64,000 nucleotides of DNA from Octopus sinensis. Lineage: Eukaryota. The stretch is taken from the NCBI RefSeq assembly GCF_006345805.1, contig NC_043013.1:35836001-35900000 (forward strand), given 5' to 3'. The position numbers and the translations under genes are program-made. This document shows, piece by piece, positions 1-13,149 of the stretch; the first letter of the stretch is position 1; every line of letters begins with the position of its first letter. The notes under the pieces were generated by a model. The model searched no databases. It was not told the origin of the DNA and was given only the letters and a program-made list of their open reading frames with translations.

Positions 1-365
1 TTCTTCACGTCGAGTAGCCCATCCCACTCAAAAGGACCCTGAACAATTGTTGTTTAAGGATGTCGAACAGAACACTTGTGTTTCCAAAGGTGAAATTATT
101 CAAGCCCCATAGAATTCCTCTCAATACATGGCTGTGATGCTTCTCCACTACTTCTGCTCGTGATCAGAGATGTACATATTGTCAGCTACTAAGGGACATG
201 CTCAACTGGTTAAGGTCAAACAACTGACAAGCAAATCTGTGGTATTGAGCAGAATATTTGCTGTAGCCCATCTTTTATACCAAGACAAAACATGTACATG
301 ATAACACTTCCAATCAGTTAAGTTCAGAAGCCATGGGAACCACTGCCTGGTCCTGCATCAGGACA
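1..365. repeat. Interspersed repeat (retroposon-type body), truncated by window edge
   Basis: Clearly homologous second copy at ~60450-60720 (shared aagggacatgctcaactggttaag...ctgtggtattgagcagaatatttgctg...cccatcttttataccaagacaaaaca). Confidence 0.7.
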
Positions 366-367
366 TT

Positions 368-384
368 TATTATTATCATCATCA

Positions 385-442
<58 letters not shown>

Positions 443-810
443 GGAAGCCGTCGCACAGTATCCAGTATTGTGATGTTGTAGATTGGAAATATTGTGCGTG
501 CTGGTGCTTTGTGCTGTTTGTCAAGTCACAAGAAGGATCCCAGACATATAGTACTTTACGCAGTATGCATGCAGTTTGAAGTAAAGCCGATTTTTGCAAC
601 ACACCAAGATTATAGGGTTTTTCTAAAGTGTCCAGATGTTTCTTTAGGTTGAGTAATATTGAACCTGATGTTCCGATGACAGTAGAGACAAAACTTTGTT
701 TAGCTCTCGCATCTGTCACGTCTTAGCTATCGCAATTTTCAGGTTTCCATATTTGTCAAATTTTTTTTATGACAAAATGTTGATTATTAGACACTCTTGC
801 TTATTTCTCC
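368..810 (-). mobile_element. 3' end of R4/Dong-like (restriction-like endonuclease) non-LTR retrotransposon with (AAT)n tail
   Basis: Minus translation KYGNLKIAIAKT...VIGTSGS...KHLDTL...LQKSALLQTACILRKVL resembles the RLE-LINE C-terminus; followed by short 3' UTR and (AAT)n at 368-440. Confidence 0.75.
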
Positions 811-890
811 TGAAGGCCTTCAGTGCTCTAACACTTTGTCTGCCTGGAAGTCGAAGTATCAGTCGACCTTTGTCCTCTCGTTTTTGTCCA

Positions 891-1145
891 TTATTATTAT
901 AGTTATTTACTTTTAATCTGCATGCTTGTTGCAATCACTTGCCGGAACACACCCAGCACCCTAGAGCAAGTGAAGGATAAGAGATGTTACAGTATTACTG
1001 AAAGCTTGAAGAGGGGACGTGGCCGGGACAGTAGCGAGATATCTTTATGTAATACAACACAGACATTTAAATTGATAGGGTCTTTCTAAGGATGTGGGCA
1101 GCACTTGCCAGCACAATCTATTAGATTTCTCTGAGACATGGTTCT
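891..1145 (-). mobile_element. Second, diverged R4/Dong-like LINE 3' fragment
   Basis: Minus translation LDNIPGEPCLREI**IVLASAAHILRKTLSI*, then 3' UTR and short (AAT)n at ~892-902. Confidence 0.6.
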
Positions 1146-2138
1146 CCTGGGATGTTGTCTAGATGTTTCTGACATCCCTTATTATCATCATCATATCATC
1201 ATCATTACTACCACCATCAACGCCACCACCATTATCATCATTATTATCATTGGTTTCCATTTACATCGTTTCATTTCATTTGCATTTTCCATGAGCTTAT
1301 CAGTAACGTTAAGTGAGGTCTCACAATTACGTTTATATGCAAATGATAAAAAAATCCACGTAAAACAACACAAATGCACAGCAATGAAATATAAACAAAT
1401 ACTAATAACTTATCAGAAAAGACGTAAGTTAAAAATACCTTCTTATCAAAAAGAAATCACAACCATGTAAACCCGTGAACAAGCTACGAATAATAAATGT
1501 GATTAATTTGATTGCAAATATGAAAGCTTTAAATTTCGCGTCCACAATTAGCATATTGGCCGTATAAATACGAAACTTTCTCGCCGAATGACTATACACT
1601 TTACAACAAGGTACAATTAAACTGCGTGGTACAACATAAACAGTTGATGCATCTATATTTATGGATAAGATTGCATGAAATTTTATAAATTAATAATGAA
1701 AGCAATTTTCATAAGATACAATGCTAAAATAAACGCAAACAACGCACACTAGTCCCAAATAAAAATGGCAAAAATTCAAATTCTGACGATAAGGCTTACA
1801 TTTATTACTAGACCTGCAGACACCAATGTTTTGATTTAGTTTCGTCTCCTCAGTGCTAGACACTCCTCAATGCTAGACACATGTCTCCTCAGCGCCAGAC
1901 ATTTCGAGCTGCACCGAAACTTCTGCTCTTATTCATAGAAGACAAAAGAATTGTATTGCGTTTGACTTGTCACATGGTTTGATGTGAAACATTTAAAATT
2001 TTCCCAGGTAGCAGATTTAATCGGTGATGTACTTGATAACAATTCTATAAATTTCTTGTGCACAAGTTAATTATGATTTTCCCTGCACTTTTCAGCTCAG
2101 GCAAAGTGAATCAAGGATAGAAGGATTTATGGAAAAAA

Positions 2139-2392
2139 TTGTTAACGAGGGCAATGTAGAATTGGGAAGAGGGCACGCAAATTCTACGGTTAGAAGAGGG
2201 GAGCGTATATTGTAAGGCTGGAAGAAGGGGGACATAATGTAGGACTTTGAGAAGAAGGGGAACACAATGTAGGACTTCTCAAGAGAGAAGGGGCCCACAT
2301 TACATGATTAAGAGAAATGTGAATATTGTAAGACTGCGAAAAGGGAGTAAATATTGTAGAACCGAGAGAAGGCAGCGCACTTTGTAAGACTA
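2139..2392. repeat. Degenerate minisatellite, ~26-32 bp units
   Basis: Repeated GARRAGGG....TTGTARGACT-like units, about 8 copies. Confidence 0.5.
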
Positions 2393-2508
2393 GTCTGGGG
2401 CAGTAAATAGCATTGCAACAGCCTGCCCATTGTTAATTTGTTAAATATATGATTGTTTATCGATGGAATCGATAAATAATTGTAACATTTGTTGACTTAC
2501 ATGGAAAC

Positions 2509-2550
<42 letters not shown>

Positions 2551-2942
2551 TTTACTTTATAATTGATAAGGTTTCGTCTAACTGAATCCTGTTTCATTTC
2601 GTAAAACTCGGTTCCTATTTAATTTGTCACCCATTTTTTTTTCTATTAATTAAATCTACATTTCATTATATTAGATTAAATCAATCTAGGTGAAGTTTAA
2701 TTTAGTTAGGAAGAATGAGGCTTAAAAGAAAATTTTCATTAGGCTTAAAGTTTAGATTTAGTTTTAGTTAAGTAACGCATAATCTAAATCCAATTAAAGT
2801 TTCCTTGAGGTGAGGACAACGGATTTAGATAGAGATAAGAGGACGAGAAGAAAGGGGGGGGAGGGGATAAGACGTTGAGGATAGGGAGCGAGAAGGAGCT
2901 AAAGATAGAATGAGAGTAAAAAGAAATTCAACCACGAAGCGA

Positions 2943-3003
<61 letters not shown>

Positions 3004-3674
3004 GATGTATATGATCACTCGTTGATTTGCATACAGGAACACCCACCTTCCTTTGGAATCCGTTTATGATACAGCGCAACACAACGGATTACGCTTGGTT
3101 AGGAAAAACTAAGTAAAACGGAGAGACTAGTCTTCCCATTAGTATTTCGAATATAATGGCGTTTCAAACACATATTGATTAATTGCCGATGTCAAGCTAC
3201 GCACTACTTCTTCGTTACCATATATAAATGCCAGATAATCTATAATTGGAAATACCATCAAAACGACTCTTCAATATACGGCTAATGCACATTTCCATGA
3301 TAAAAAGAACGGTCGTGATAATTCCGAACAGAAATAGATTTCGGATTCGTGTAAACTGCTCTTTTCTTTCTACGTTCCTTCAAACTGCTGCTGCTGCTAC
3401 TACTACTACTACTATTGCTGCTGCTGTTGCTGCTAGTGATGGTGGTAGTCGGCGGCGACGCTGTTCCTTTCTCCTTCTTCTTGAATATATACACTACATT
3501 TGGTCACAAAAATATAACTGGTATTACTTCCTCTACCCCAGGAAAAAGAAGCCAGCGAGGGAGGACCCACCAACTAAAAAAATACGAACCAAATCTTCCT
3601 CAAATCACGTCCTAGCGCCTTCTACATAAAAAGAAAGAACATACTTACCGGACAATATAGCCTAAGACACACTA

Positions 3675-4063
3675 TCTCTTCTCTCTATATATAAATGGCA
3701 GTTTGTCTGTGCGTTTTCTGTGTGTCTGTTTTCTCGTACCCTCACTCTGACCACGGCTTTCAACCGATTCTGATGAAACTTGACACACACATAGCCCAAT
3801 GTCATAATTCAAAACTAACGCAGCGAAAATTTTGAAAAGTTCCTCCAGTTCTGAAAAAAATCGATAAATTGGACATGGGGTCGAGAATCAGAAACCCAAA
3901 CCACAGACCGTCTAGGGGACGCAACTCCACCTTTTTTAACTCTCGAAAAAAATTTACCATAATTTTTTTTCCATTTTTTTGCTATTTTTTGGCTATAACT
4001 TTCTAAAAATGCTTTATAGTTATTTCCCTTACAAACCTGAGCAACGCCGGGCGATACTGCTAG
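3675..4063 (+). mobile_element. Non-autonomous Helitron-like element
   Basis: Inserted between A and T (A|TC...CTAG|T); 5' TCTATATATAAA with tgtctgtg; 3' GC-rich gagcaacgccgggc a few nt before terminal CTAG; no TSD. Confidence 0.75.
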
Positions 4064-4469
4064 TGTCTAATAAAACAAAAAAAAAAAAAGAAAACAAATA
4101 TAAAACTGCATAATCAAACCTGGAATGTCAATGGTTTGAACCGTAAGTTTGATTAATTTCTAAAATGATCGAGGGGTTAACCAATGACAACTGTGGAGAC
4201 ATGAAATACAAAGACTATCCTGAGAGAATTTAAACTCAAAAGGTAATTAATTTCTTTCTGCTCTGTGTCGTACAACACATCACCACTCTGTCTAAGTCCG
4301 GTATGTGCTCTAGTTTCTTTTCCGATGACTTTTCATAGCATGTTAGATGAGAAAAGGTTACTAGACCCTCTCTGACTTGGCTGTCCTCCATTCGCTGGAG
4401 AATGCAGAAACACAATATGAATGGTCGCGAGCGACCCTCTCAAAGTGTAGCATATCTAATTCATTACAT

Positions 4470-4575
<106 letters not shown>

Positions 4576-4580
4576 ATATA

Positions 4581-6338
4581 TTGATAAAACGGTAAGATAA
4601 CAAAAGAAAGAAAGAGACCTCAATATTATGTAAATAGAGGAAATTTATCTATACAATATGTTACATTACTCGGTAGTCAAGATAAAACTCTGAGTTTCAG
4701 ATGCCGAAGTGGAAATCCACAACACCATCTCTTCGGTTATCTAGCTATTTGAAAACGTTATGAAAAAATACCGTTAAAAATGAAGGGAAATTACTCTGTT
4801 ATAACTCTGCTTTGCCTGCGTACTTATACATCGCTCGCATTTTTCGTCATAAAAATTATATAAAAATACATAAAAATATATAAAAATATATAAAAATATA
4901 TAAAATCTTCTTGGACATAACACAGAAAGCATGTTCTATCCGTTTTCTTTAGGGGACCAAAAACGTAACAGAAATTTAGTCACATGTGGGCATGATCCGA
5001 AAAGCTCTGTCCTTGTATTTAGACATGTGGTAGGGTCTAAGCTGCTTTTCCAGATAAGCCATCTCTCCATGTCGCATAAACCGCACCTTCCGCTGCCGTT
5101 AGTGTAGGGCTTACATCTGGCCAAAATCTTCCATTGTATGTTATAATCGACACCTTTATCTCTTAAAGACCAAATATGATTGGATAATTGTGTCGCTTTT
5201 CTTTTTTCCAGTGCCTAAAGCTCAAAGTGTGGTTATTGAACCTGGCCTTGAAATTACCCTCTGTCAGGCCCACGTATTTCTTCGTCGAAACGGTGTCTTT
5301 AGTGGTTATAGAGTTTACGGTAGCTTCATATATGATGGTCTTGGACATGCAAGCTCCATTTAGCGGGCACAATTCTTTATTCCTGCATGAACAGCTGTTT
5401 TCTTCTTCTTGTGTTTTTTGTATGTTATGATTGATTATGTTTTTAAAATTGGTAGTTGAACTAAAACTAATTTTTAAATTGTGTCTATTGAAGAGTTTCC
5501 TATAAGCATGGTTAACTGGAAAATGTCTATCTATCAGTGCTAGGAAATATTTACCTATATTGAAGTCCACCTCGGGTGAGTAAGTGGGCGTAAACCAGAT
5601 GACCTTCCTATTTCTATTATTCCTTTTCCTTACTGTTGGGCTGGTGATAGGTGTATATTTTATTTTTTCGCTAAAACCACTATCTTTTAAAGCTTTATTA
5701 TAAACTGGGGCAATGCTATTGAAGATGTCCTCATTAGATGAGAGGCTAGAAATCCTCTTACTAATATTTTTAACTAAATTTTTGAATACTATAGGGGGAT
5801 GGCATGAACCTACATTAATATAACTTAGTCTATCATTGGGCTTCCTATAAGGCTTATAAATATTATTATTAAGATCTAAGGAAACGTCTAAGGAATTGAC
5901 AACCGTCAGGTTAGTGTCTATAGTTATACTAAGTCCGAAGTGTTTCATTAACTGGATAATATCCTTCCTAAAACGATCTTGTGCTGGTCCATTTGTATTA
6001 GCTGTTAAGGCGAGGGCATCATCTTTGTAGATGGCGAAATGTACGTTAGGGAATGTCTTACCGAAGGTATCTAGGAGAAAGAGTCCAATTAGATCACAGA
6101 TGCCTGCCCCATCATATGAACCCATGCTCACATCGAAAGCGCCCTCCGTGTCGGTGTTTTTTTTACCCACTTTGCATTCTCACTGAAAAGTAATGTCTTT
6201 CTAGCATGGAAGATTATATCCTTATCATTGGTACTAATTTCTATGAAGTCACTAGCGAAGATTAGGGCTTTATCTAGCAGTTCTTTAGAGATAGAGGCAT
6301 AAAAATCAACAATATCGAATTGTGTAAACCTCGCTTTT
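4581..6338 (-). mobile_element. Penelope-like element (PLE), 5'-truncated left arm: RT + C-terminal GIY-YIG endonuclease, frameshifted
   Basis: Minus translation FDIVDFYASIS, MGSYDGAGIC, YKDD, FLDV-like motif, CSC...CPLNGAC linker, IIYEATV...KYVGLTEGNFKARFNNH, CGLC...LNTRTEL...CPH; 3' end abuts (TA)n. Confidence 0.92.
4680..4742 (-). ncRNA. Hammerhead-ribozyme-like motif in PLE 3' UTR (left arm)
   Basis: Exact reverse complement of the motif at 7573-7635. Confidence 0.55.
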
Positions 6339-6339
6339 T

Positions 6340-7664
6340 TCGTTTTAGGAAGGATATTATCCAGTTAATGAAACACTTCGGACTTAGTATAACTATAGAC
6401 ACTAACCTGACGGTTGTCAATTTCTTAGACGTTTCCTTAGATCTTAATAATAATATTTATAAGCCTTATAGGAAGCCCAATGATAGACTAAGTTATATTA
6501 ATGTAGGTTCATGCCATCCCCCTATAGTATTCAAAAATTTAGTTAAAAATATTAGTAAGAGGATTTCTAGCCTCTCATCTAATGAGGACATCGTCAATAG
6601 CATTGCCCCAGTTTATAATAAAGCTTTAAAAGATAGTGGTTTTAGCGAAAAAATAAAATATACACCTATCACCAGCCCAACAGTAAGGAAAAGGAATAAT
6701 AGAAATAGGAAGGTCATCTGGTTTACGCCCCCTTACTCACCCGAGGTGGCCTTCAATATAGGTAAATATTTCCTAGCACTGATAGATAGACATTTTCCAG
6801 TTAACCATGCTTATAGGAAACTCTTCAATAGACACAATTTAAAAATTAGTTTTAGTTCAACTACCAATTTTAAAAACATAATCAATCATAACATACAAAA
6901 AACACAAGAAGAAAACAGCTGTTCATGCAGGAATAAAGAATTGTGCCCGCTAAATGGAGCTTGCATGTCCAAGACCATCATATATGAAGCTACCGTAAAC
7001 TCTATAACCACTAAAGACACCGTTTCGACGAAGAAATACGTGGCCTGACAGAGGGTAATTTCAAGGCCAGGTTCAATAACCACACTTTGAGCTTTAGGCA
7101 CTGGAACAAAAGAAAAGCGACACAATTATCCAATCATATTTGGTCTTTAAGAGATAAAGGTGTCGATTATAACATACAATGGAAGATTTTGGCCAGATGT
7201 AAGCCCTACACTAACGGCAGCGGAAGGTGCGGTTTATGCGACATGGAGAGATGGCTTATCTGGAAAAGCAGCTTAGACCCTACCACATGTCTAAATACAA
7301 GGACAGAGCTTTTCGGATCATGCCCACATGTGACTAAATTTCTGTTACGTTTTTGGTCCCCTAAAGAAAACGGATAGAACATGCTTTCTGTGTTATGTCC
7401 CAAGAAGATTTTATATATTTTTATATATTTTTATATATTTTTATGTATTTTTATATAATTTTTATGACGAAAAATTGCGAGCGATGTATAAGTACGCAGG
7501 CAAAGCAGAGTTATAACAGAGTAATTTCCCTTCATTTTTAACGGTATTTTTTCATAACGTTTTCAAATAGCTAGATAACCGAAGAGATGGTGTTGTGGAT
7601 TTCCACTTCGGCATCTGAAACTCAGAGTTTTATCTTGACTACCGAGTAATGTAACATATTGTAT

Positions 7665-7668
<4 letters not shown>
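6340..7668 (+). mobile_element. Penelope-like element, right arm (inverted near-identical copy of 4650-5985)
   Basis: ORFs 6320-7048 and 7087-7377 reproduce the left-arm protein; 1-nt deletion at KYV(G); 3' end runs into (TA)n. Confidence 0.92.
7573..7635 (+). ncRNA. Type I hammerhead-like motif with variant core CCGAAGA
   Basis: Stem I AGATAA/TTATCT; CCGAAGA; stem II GATG/CATC (+T); GAAA; stem III ACT-cag-AGT; cleavage triplet GTT. Confidence 0.55.
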
Positions 7669-7728
<60 letters not shown>

Positions 7729-7735
7729 TATAGTG

Positions 7736-9729
<1,994 letters not shown>

Positions 9730-9763
9730 GGTGGGGATGCAATAACTAACTAACTAACTAACT

Positions 9764-9813
<50 letters not shown>

Positions 9814-9820
<7 letters not shown>

Positions 9821-10104
9821 ATCACGTGACCGACCAGTCCATCAGATGTAGTTACACATCGCTGGTCACAATGCGTTCGCATTGTTTTAGCCTTCGAATA
9901 ACGCCATTCCACTGGCTAAGCGAGCAGGCCAACAGAAGAAAGAGTGGTGAAAGAGTACAGCAGGGATCACCACCCCCTGCCGGAGCATCGTGGAGCTTTT
10001 AGGTGTTTTCGCTCAATAAACACTCACAACGCCCGGTCAGGGAATCGAAACCGCGATCCTACGACCGCGAGTCCGCTGCCCTAACCACTGGGCCATTGCG
10101 CCTC

Positions 10105-10107
<3 letters not shown>
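9814..10107 (-). mobile_element. tRNA-derived SINE (working family S3)
   Basis: Minus head gtggaggcgcaatggcccagtggttaggg (A box) and gtttcgattccc (B box). Confidence 0.85.
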
Positions 10108-10164
<57 letters not shown>

Positions 10165-10175
10165 CATATATATAC

Positions 10176-10217
<42 letters not shown>

Positions 10218-10221
<4 letters not shown>

Positions 10222-10510
10222 AGGCGCAATGGCCAGTGGTTAGGGCAGAGGACTCACGGTCGTAGGATTGCGGTTTCGATTCCCAGACCGGGCCTTGTGA
10301 GTGTTTATTGAGCGAAAACACCACGGGGCTCCGGCAGAGGGTGGTGGCAATCCCTGCTGTACTCTTTCGTCACAACTTTCTCTCACTCTTTCTTCTGTTG
10401 GCCTGCTCGCTTAGCCAGCGGGGTGGCGTCATTTGAAGGCATAAAACTATGTGAAGCGCATTGTGACCAGCGATATGTAGCAACATCTGATAGCCTGGTC
10501 GGTCACGGTG

Positions 10511-10511
<1 letters not shown>
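10218..10511 (+). mobile_element. tRNA-derived SINE (S3), inverted partner of 9814-10107
   Basis: A box tggccagtgg, B box gtttcgattccc; body homologous to the minus copy; ends in (TA)n. Confidence 0.85.
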
Positions 10512-10563
<52 letters not shown>

Positions 10564-10689
10564 CACATGAATATATAATTCTGTAAATATATGTGCGTCT
10601 TTGAGTGTACATGTGTATATGAATGCACCTGCACAAGCGCGTGTATAATGAACACCCGCGTACACACTCATTGTTTTTGAAAATATTAA

Positions 10690-11010
10690 TTAAAAGTATT
10701 ATTTTGGAACATTGCTTAACACAGCAAAGCAGTTTCATGACTTCAGTTGTATGGAGTTTATGATGTTTATAATAACATTACCACGAAAACTAGAAATAAA
10801 ATCAAAAGCGTAAGCCTGAAGCAGCCACTTTCGTACGTGTCGTTCACAAAGGTTTTTGAACAAAAGAAAATAAGGATAAGAGTTTCCTTCAGACTTTCAT
10901 GTAATATTTCAAAAATAGACAGTGGGTACTCAAAAGAAAACCAGACTCAGGTCTAAGTACCCCTGATTAATGGAAATCAGAGCCTTTCAGTTATAAAATA
11001 TTAAAAGATT
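10690..11010 (-). repeat. Diverged inverted relative of the repeat inside the 1-kb duplication (8110-8400, 9100-9390)
   Basis: Reverse complement aligns with aaaaacctttgtgaa.gacacgtacgaaa.tggctgcttca; ORF 10747-10956 matches ORF 8160-8402. Confidence 0.7.
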
Positions 11011-11022
11011 TACATTTATATT

Positions 11023-11598
11023 CTTTTCTACTCTAGGCATAAGGTCTGACATTTTGGGCCAGTCAATTAGCTCGACTCCAGTATGCAACTGGTACTTAAT
11101 TTATCGACCGCGAAAGGATGAAGCGCAAAGTCGACCTTTGTGGAATTTGAACTCAGAACGTAAAAACAAACAAAATGCCTATTTCTTTATTGCCCACAAG
11201 GGGCTAAACATAAAGGGAACAAACAAGGACAGACAAACGGATTAAGTCGATTATATTGACCCCAGTGCGTAACTGGTACTTAATTTATCGACCCCGAAAG
11301 AATGAAAGGCAAAGTCGACCTCGGCAGAATTTGAACTCAGAACGTAACGGCAGACGAAATACCTATTTCTTTACTACCCACAAGGGGTTAAACACAGAGG
11401 AGACAAATAAGGACAGACAGACGGATTAAGTCGATTGTATCGACCCCAGTGCATAACTGGTACTTAATTTATCGACCCCGAAAGGATGAAAGGCAAAGTC
11501 GACCTCGGTGGAATTTGAACTCAGAACGTAGCGGCAAACGAAACATCGCTAAGCATTTCGCCCGGCGTGCTAACGTTTCTGCCAGCTCGCCGCCTTTG
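11023..11598 (-). mobile_element. Head-to-tail SINE trimer (family S1, head aaggcggcgagctggcagaa)
   Basis: Three bodies with gagttcaaattc B box and tcgataaattaagtaccag core; outer TSD-like tttacatttatatt / tttacatttgtatt. Confidence 0.85.
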
Positions 11599-11664
11599 CT
11601 TTACATTTGTATTGAGTCCTGTCATTTATCGCTTCTGAGCAGAGATTTACTTGAGGGAGAAAAC

Positions 11665-11702
<38 letters not shown>

Positions 11703-11747
11703 AAGATGGGTATACGAATTTGGTTCAAAATTGAACCAAATACTGAC

Positions 11748-11901
11748 CAGTAGCGTAACTAGGGGTGGGGGGGGCGCCCATCCATGGACACGCTTTTATG
11801 GAGATGACAATACTTGCATCTGTGTATAGTTTGCCATCCGGAGACGGGGACGCAAACTCAATGGCTGTCCCCGGACGGCACACAATCTAGCTACGACACT
11901 G
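11748..11901. mobile_element. Possible hAT-type MITE
   Basis: Imperfect TIRs cagtagcgtaactag / ctagctacgacactg (CAGTGGCGTAGCTAG-like); 8-bp TSD not convincing. Confidence 0.45.
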
Positions 11902-12111
11902 AACTTTACAGGCTGGTAGTTTATTTATCGAACCCGAAGGAAGGGTAAAAGGCAAAGAACAAAGCTTGCCTAGCTAGGATGTCAGAAGTACAAATCCTAT
12001 GGAATGTTTAAGAAATGTAGTGTACTTCAGTTGGTGAACAATTTGTATTCTGTCTATAGCCCTGCGGTACCCTTGTCCTACTTCTGAACACTCCTACTCG
12101 TTGCAGTCAAA

Positions 12112-12425
12112 CTGTAGTTCATTATTTACATTATTTACATTTGACGGATATTTGTCCTCATCTTGTTTGTTGTTAACAAGTTTCGGCTGATATACCCGCC
12201 AGCCTTCATCAGGTGTCTTGGGGAAATTTCGAACCTGGGTTCTCATTCCAAAGGTATTTTTCGATGAGAACCCAGGAATGAGAATCCAGGTTCGAAATTT
12301 CCCCCAAGACACCTGATGAAGGCTGGAGAGTATATCAGCCGAAACGTTGTGTTAACAAACAAGATGAGGACAAATATCCGTTAAATGTAAATAATGTACA
12401 TAATTCCCCATCTCTTAAATATAGT
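12112..12425. mobile_element. Divergent inverted pair of a short (~175 bp) hammerhead-bearing PLE-type element
   Basis: Arms ~12120-12249 and ~12275-12405 are reverse complements; third copy at 60121-60296. Confidence 0.75.
12308..12353 (+). ncRNA. Minimal type I hammerhead ribozyme motif
   Basis: GACAC-CTGATGA-A-GGCTG(10 nt)CAGCC-GAAA-CGTT-GTGTT: stem I GACAC/GTGTT, loopless palindromic stem III (AACGTT), GUU cleavage triplet. Confidence 0.7.
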
Positions 12426-12864
12426 ACAAGCTGTAATTGTTATTTAGCCCATTAGTAAACCCTGGTTATGACCAAAAACTTTCCAGCATTAACTGTTCTG
12501 TTTCAGGCATGTTGTATCTACGATTACTTTATTTCGTGTATCCCTCGTTTTCTTTTAGGATTGTAAGAAATCAGAGTATGATGCAAGTGAGGTTTCGCTG
12601 CTTTTTCTAGCCGGCTGAACGATCACGCAAAGGCTTCCGCATTGGTTCGTTTGTAAGCAGGTACTATGATGGGGGATATTCTATCATAGCGTGCAGGACT
12701 TCGTGCTGTAAAACTGATAAATATTTCTAATGGCTTGTAGTACGGAATTTAATTTCCTTTCATGGAAAAGTTACCTGATGGAGACTAACATCCTATCCAG
12801 AAGAAAATATCTTTCATCCTTTGATATTACTGAACCTCAAATGAAAACTTGACCAGCCCCCCCC

Positions 12865-13060
12865 CCCACACACACATCCTTTCTTTTGTAGGTTCAAGGC
12901 CTGAAATTCTTGAGGAGGTGGCTAGGCCCAGTGCTCGACTGTTAATTATTTCACCGACCCCTAAAAGATAAAAGGCAGAGTCGACCTCAACAGCATTTGA
13001 ACACAGAACGTAAAGATGGCTGAAATGCTCTAGGCATTTCGTCTGGCGTGTTAACGATTC
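12865..13060 (-). mobile_element. SINE S1
   Basis: Same core as 11023-11598. Confidence 0.75.
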
Positions 13061-13118
13061 TGTATGTATTTGTATACATACATACATACATACGTACATA
13101 CATACATACATACATACA

Positions 13119-13149
<31 letters not shown>

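Noticed and set aside
2139-2392. CRISPR-like or structured RNA repeat
   Set aside because: Units are contiguous and degenerate without spacers; ordinary minisatellite decay.
3246-3629. 127-aa and 70-aa ORFs over the (CTG/CTA)n tract
   Set aside because: Low complexity, no recognisable domain, overlapping frames on both strands.
4581-7668. Arm differences as footprints of ADAR-edited RNA or selenocysteine recoding (Naiad-like)
   Set aside because: Visible differences are mostly A/C or T/G transversions and indels, not A-to-G; the endonuclease is C-terminal and stops arise from frameshifts.
10218-10295. Functional tRNA gene
   Set aside because: No acceptor-stem closure or terminator; continues into a multi-copy SINE body.
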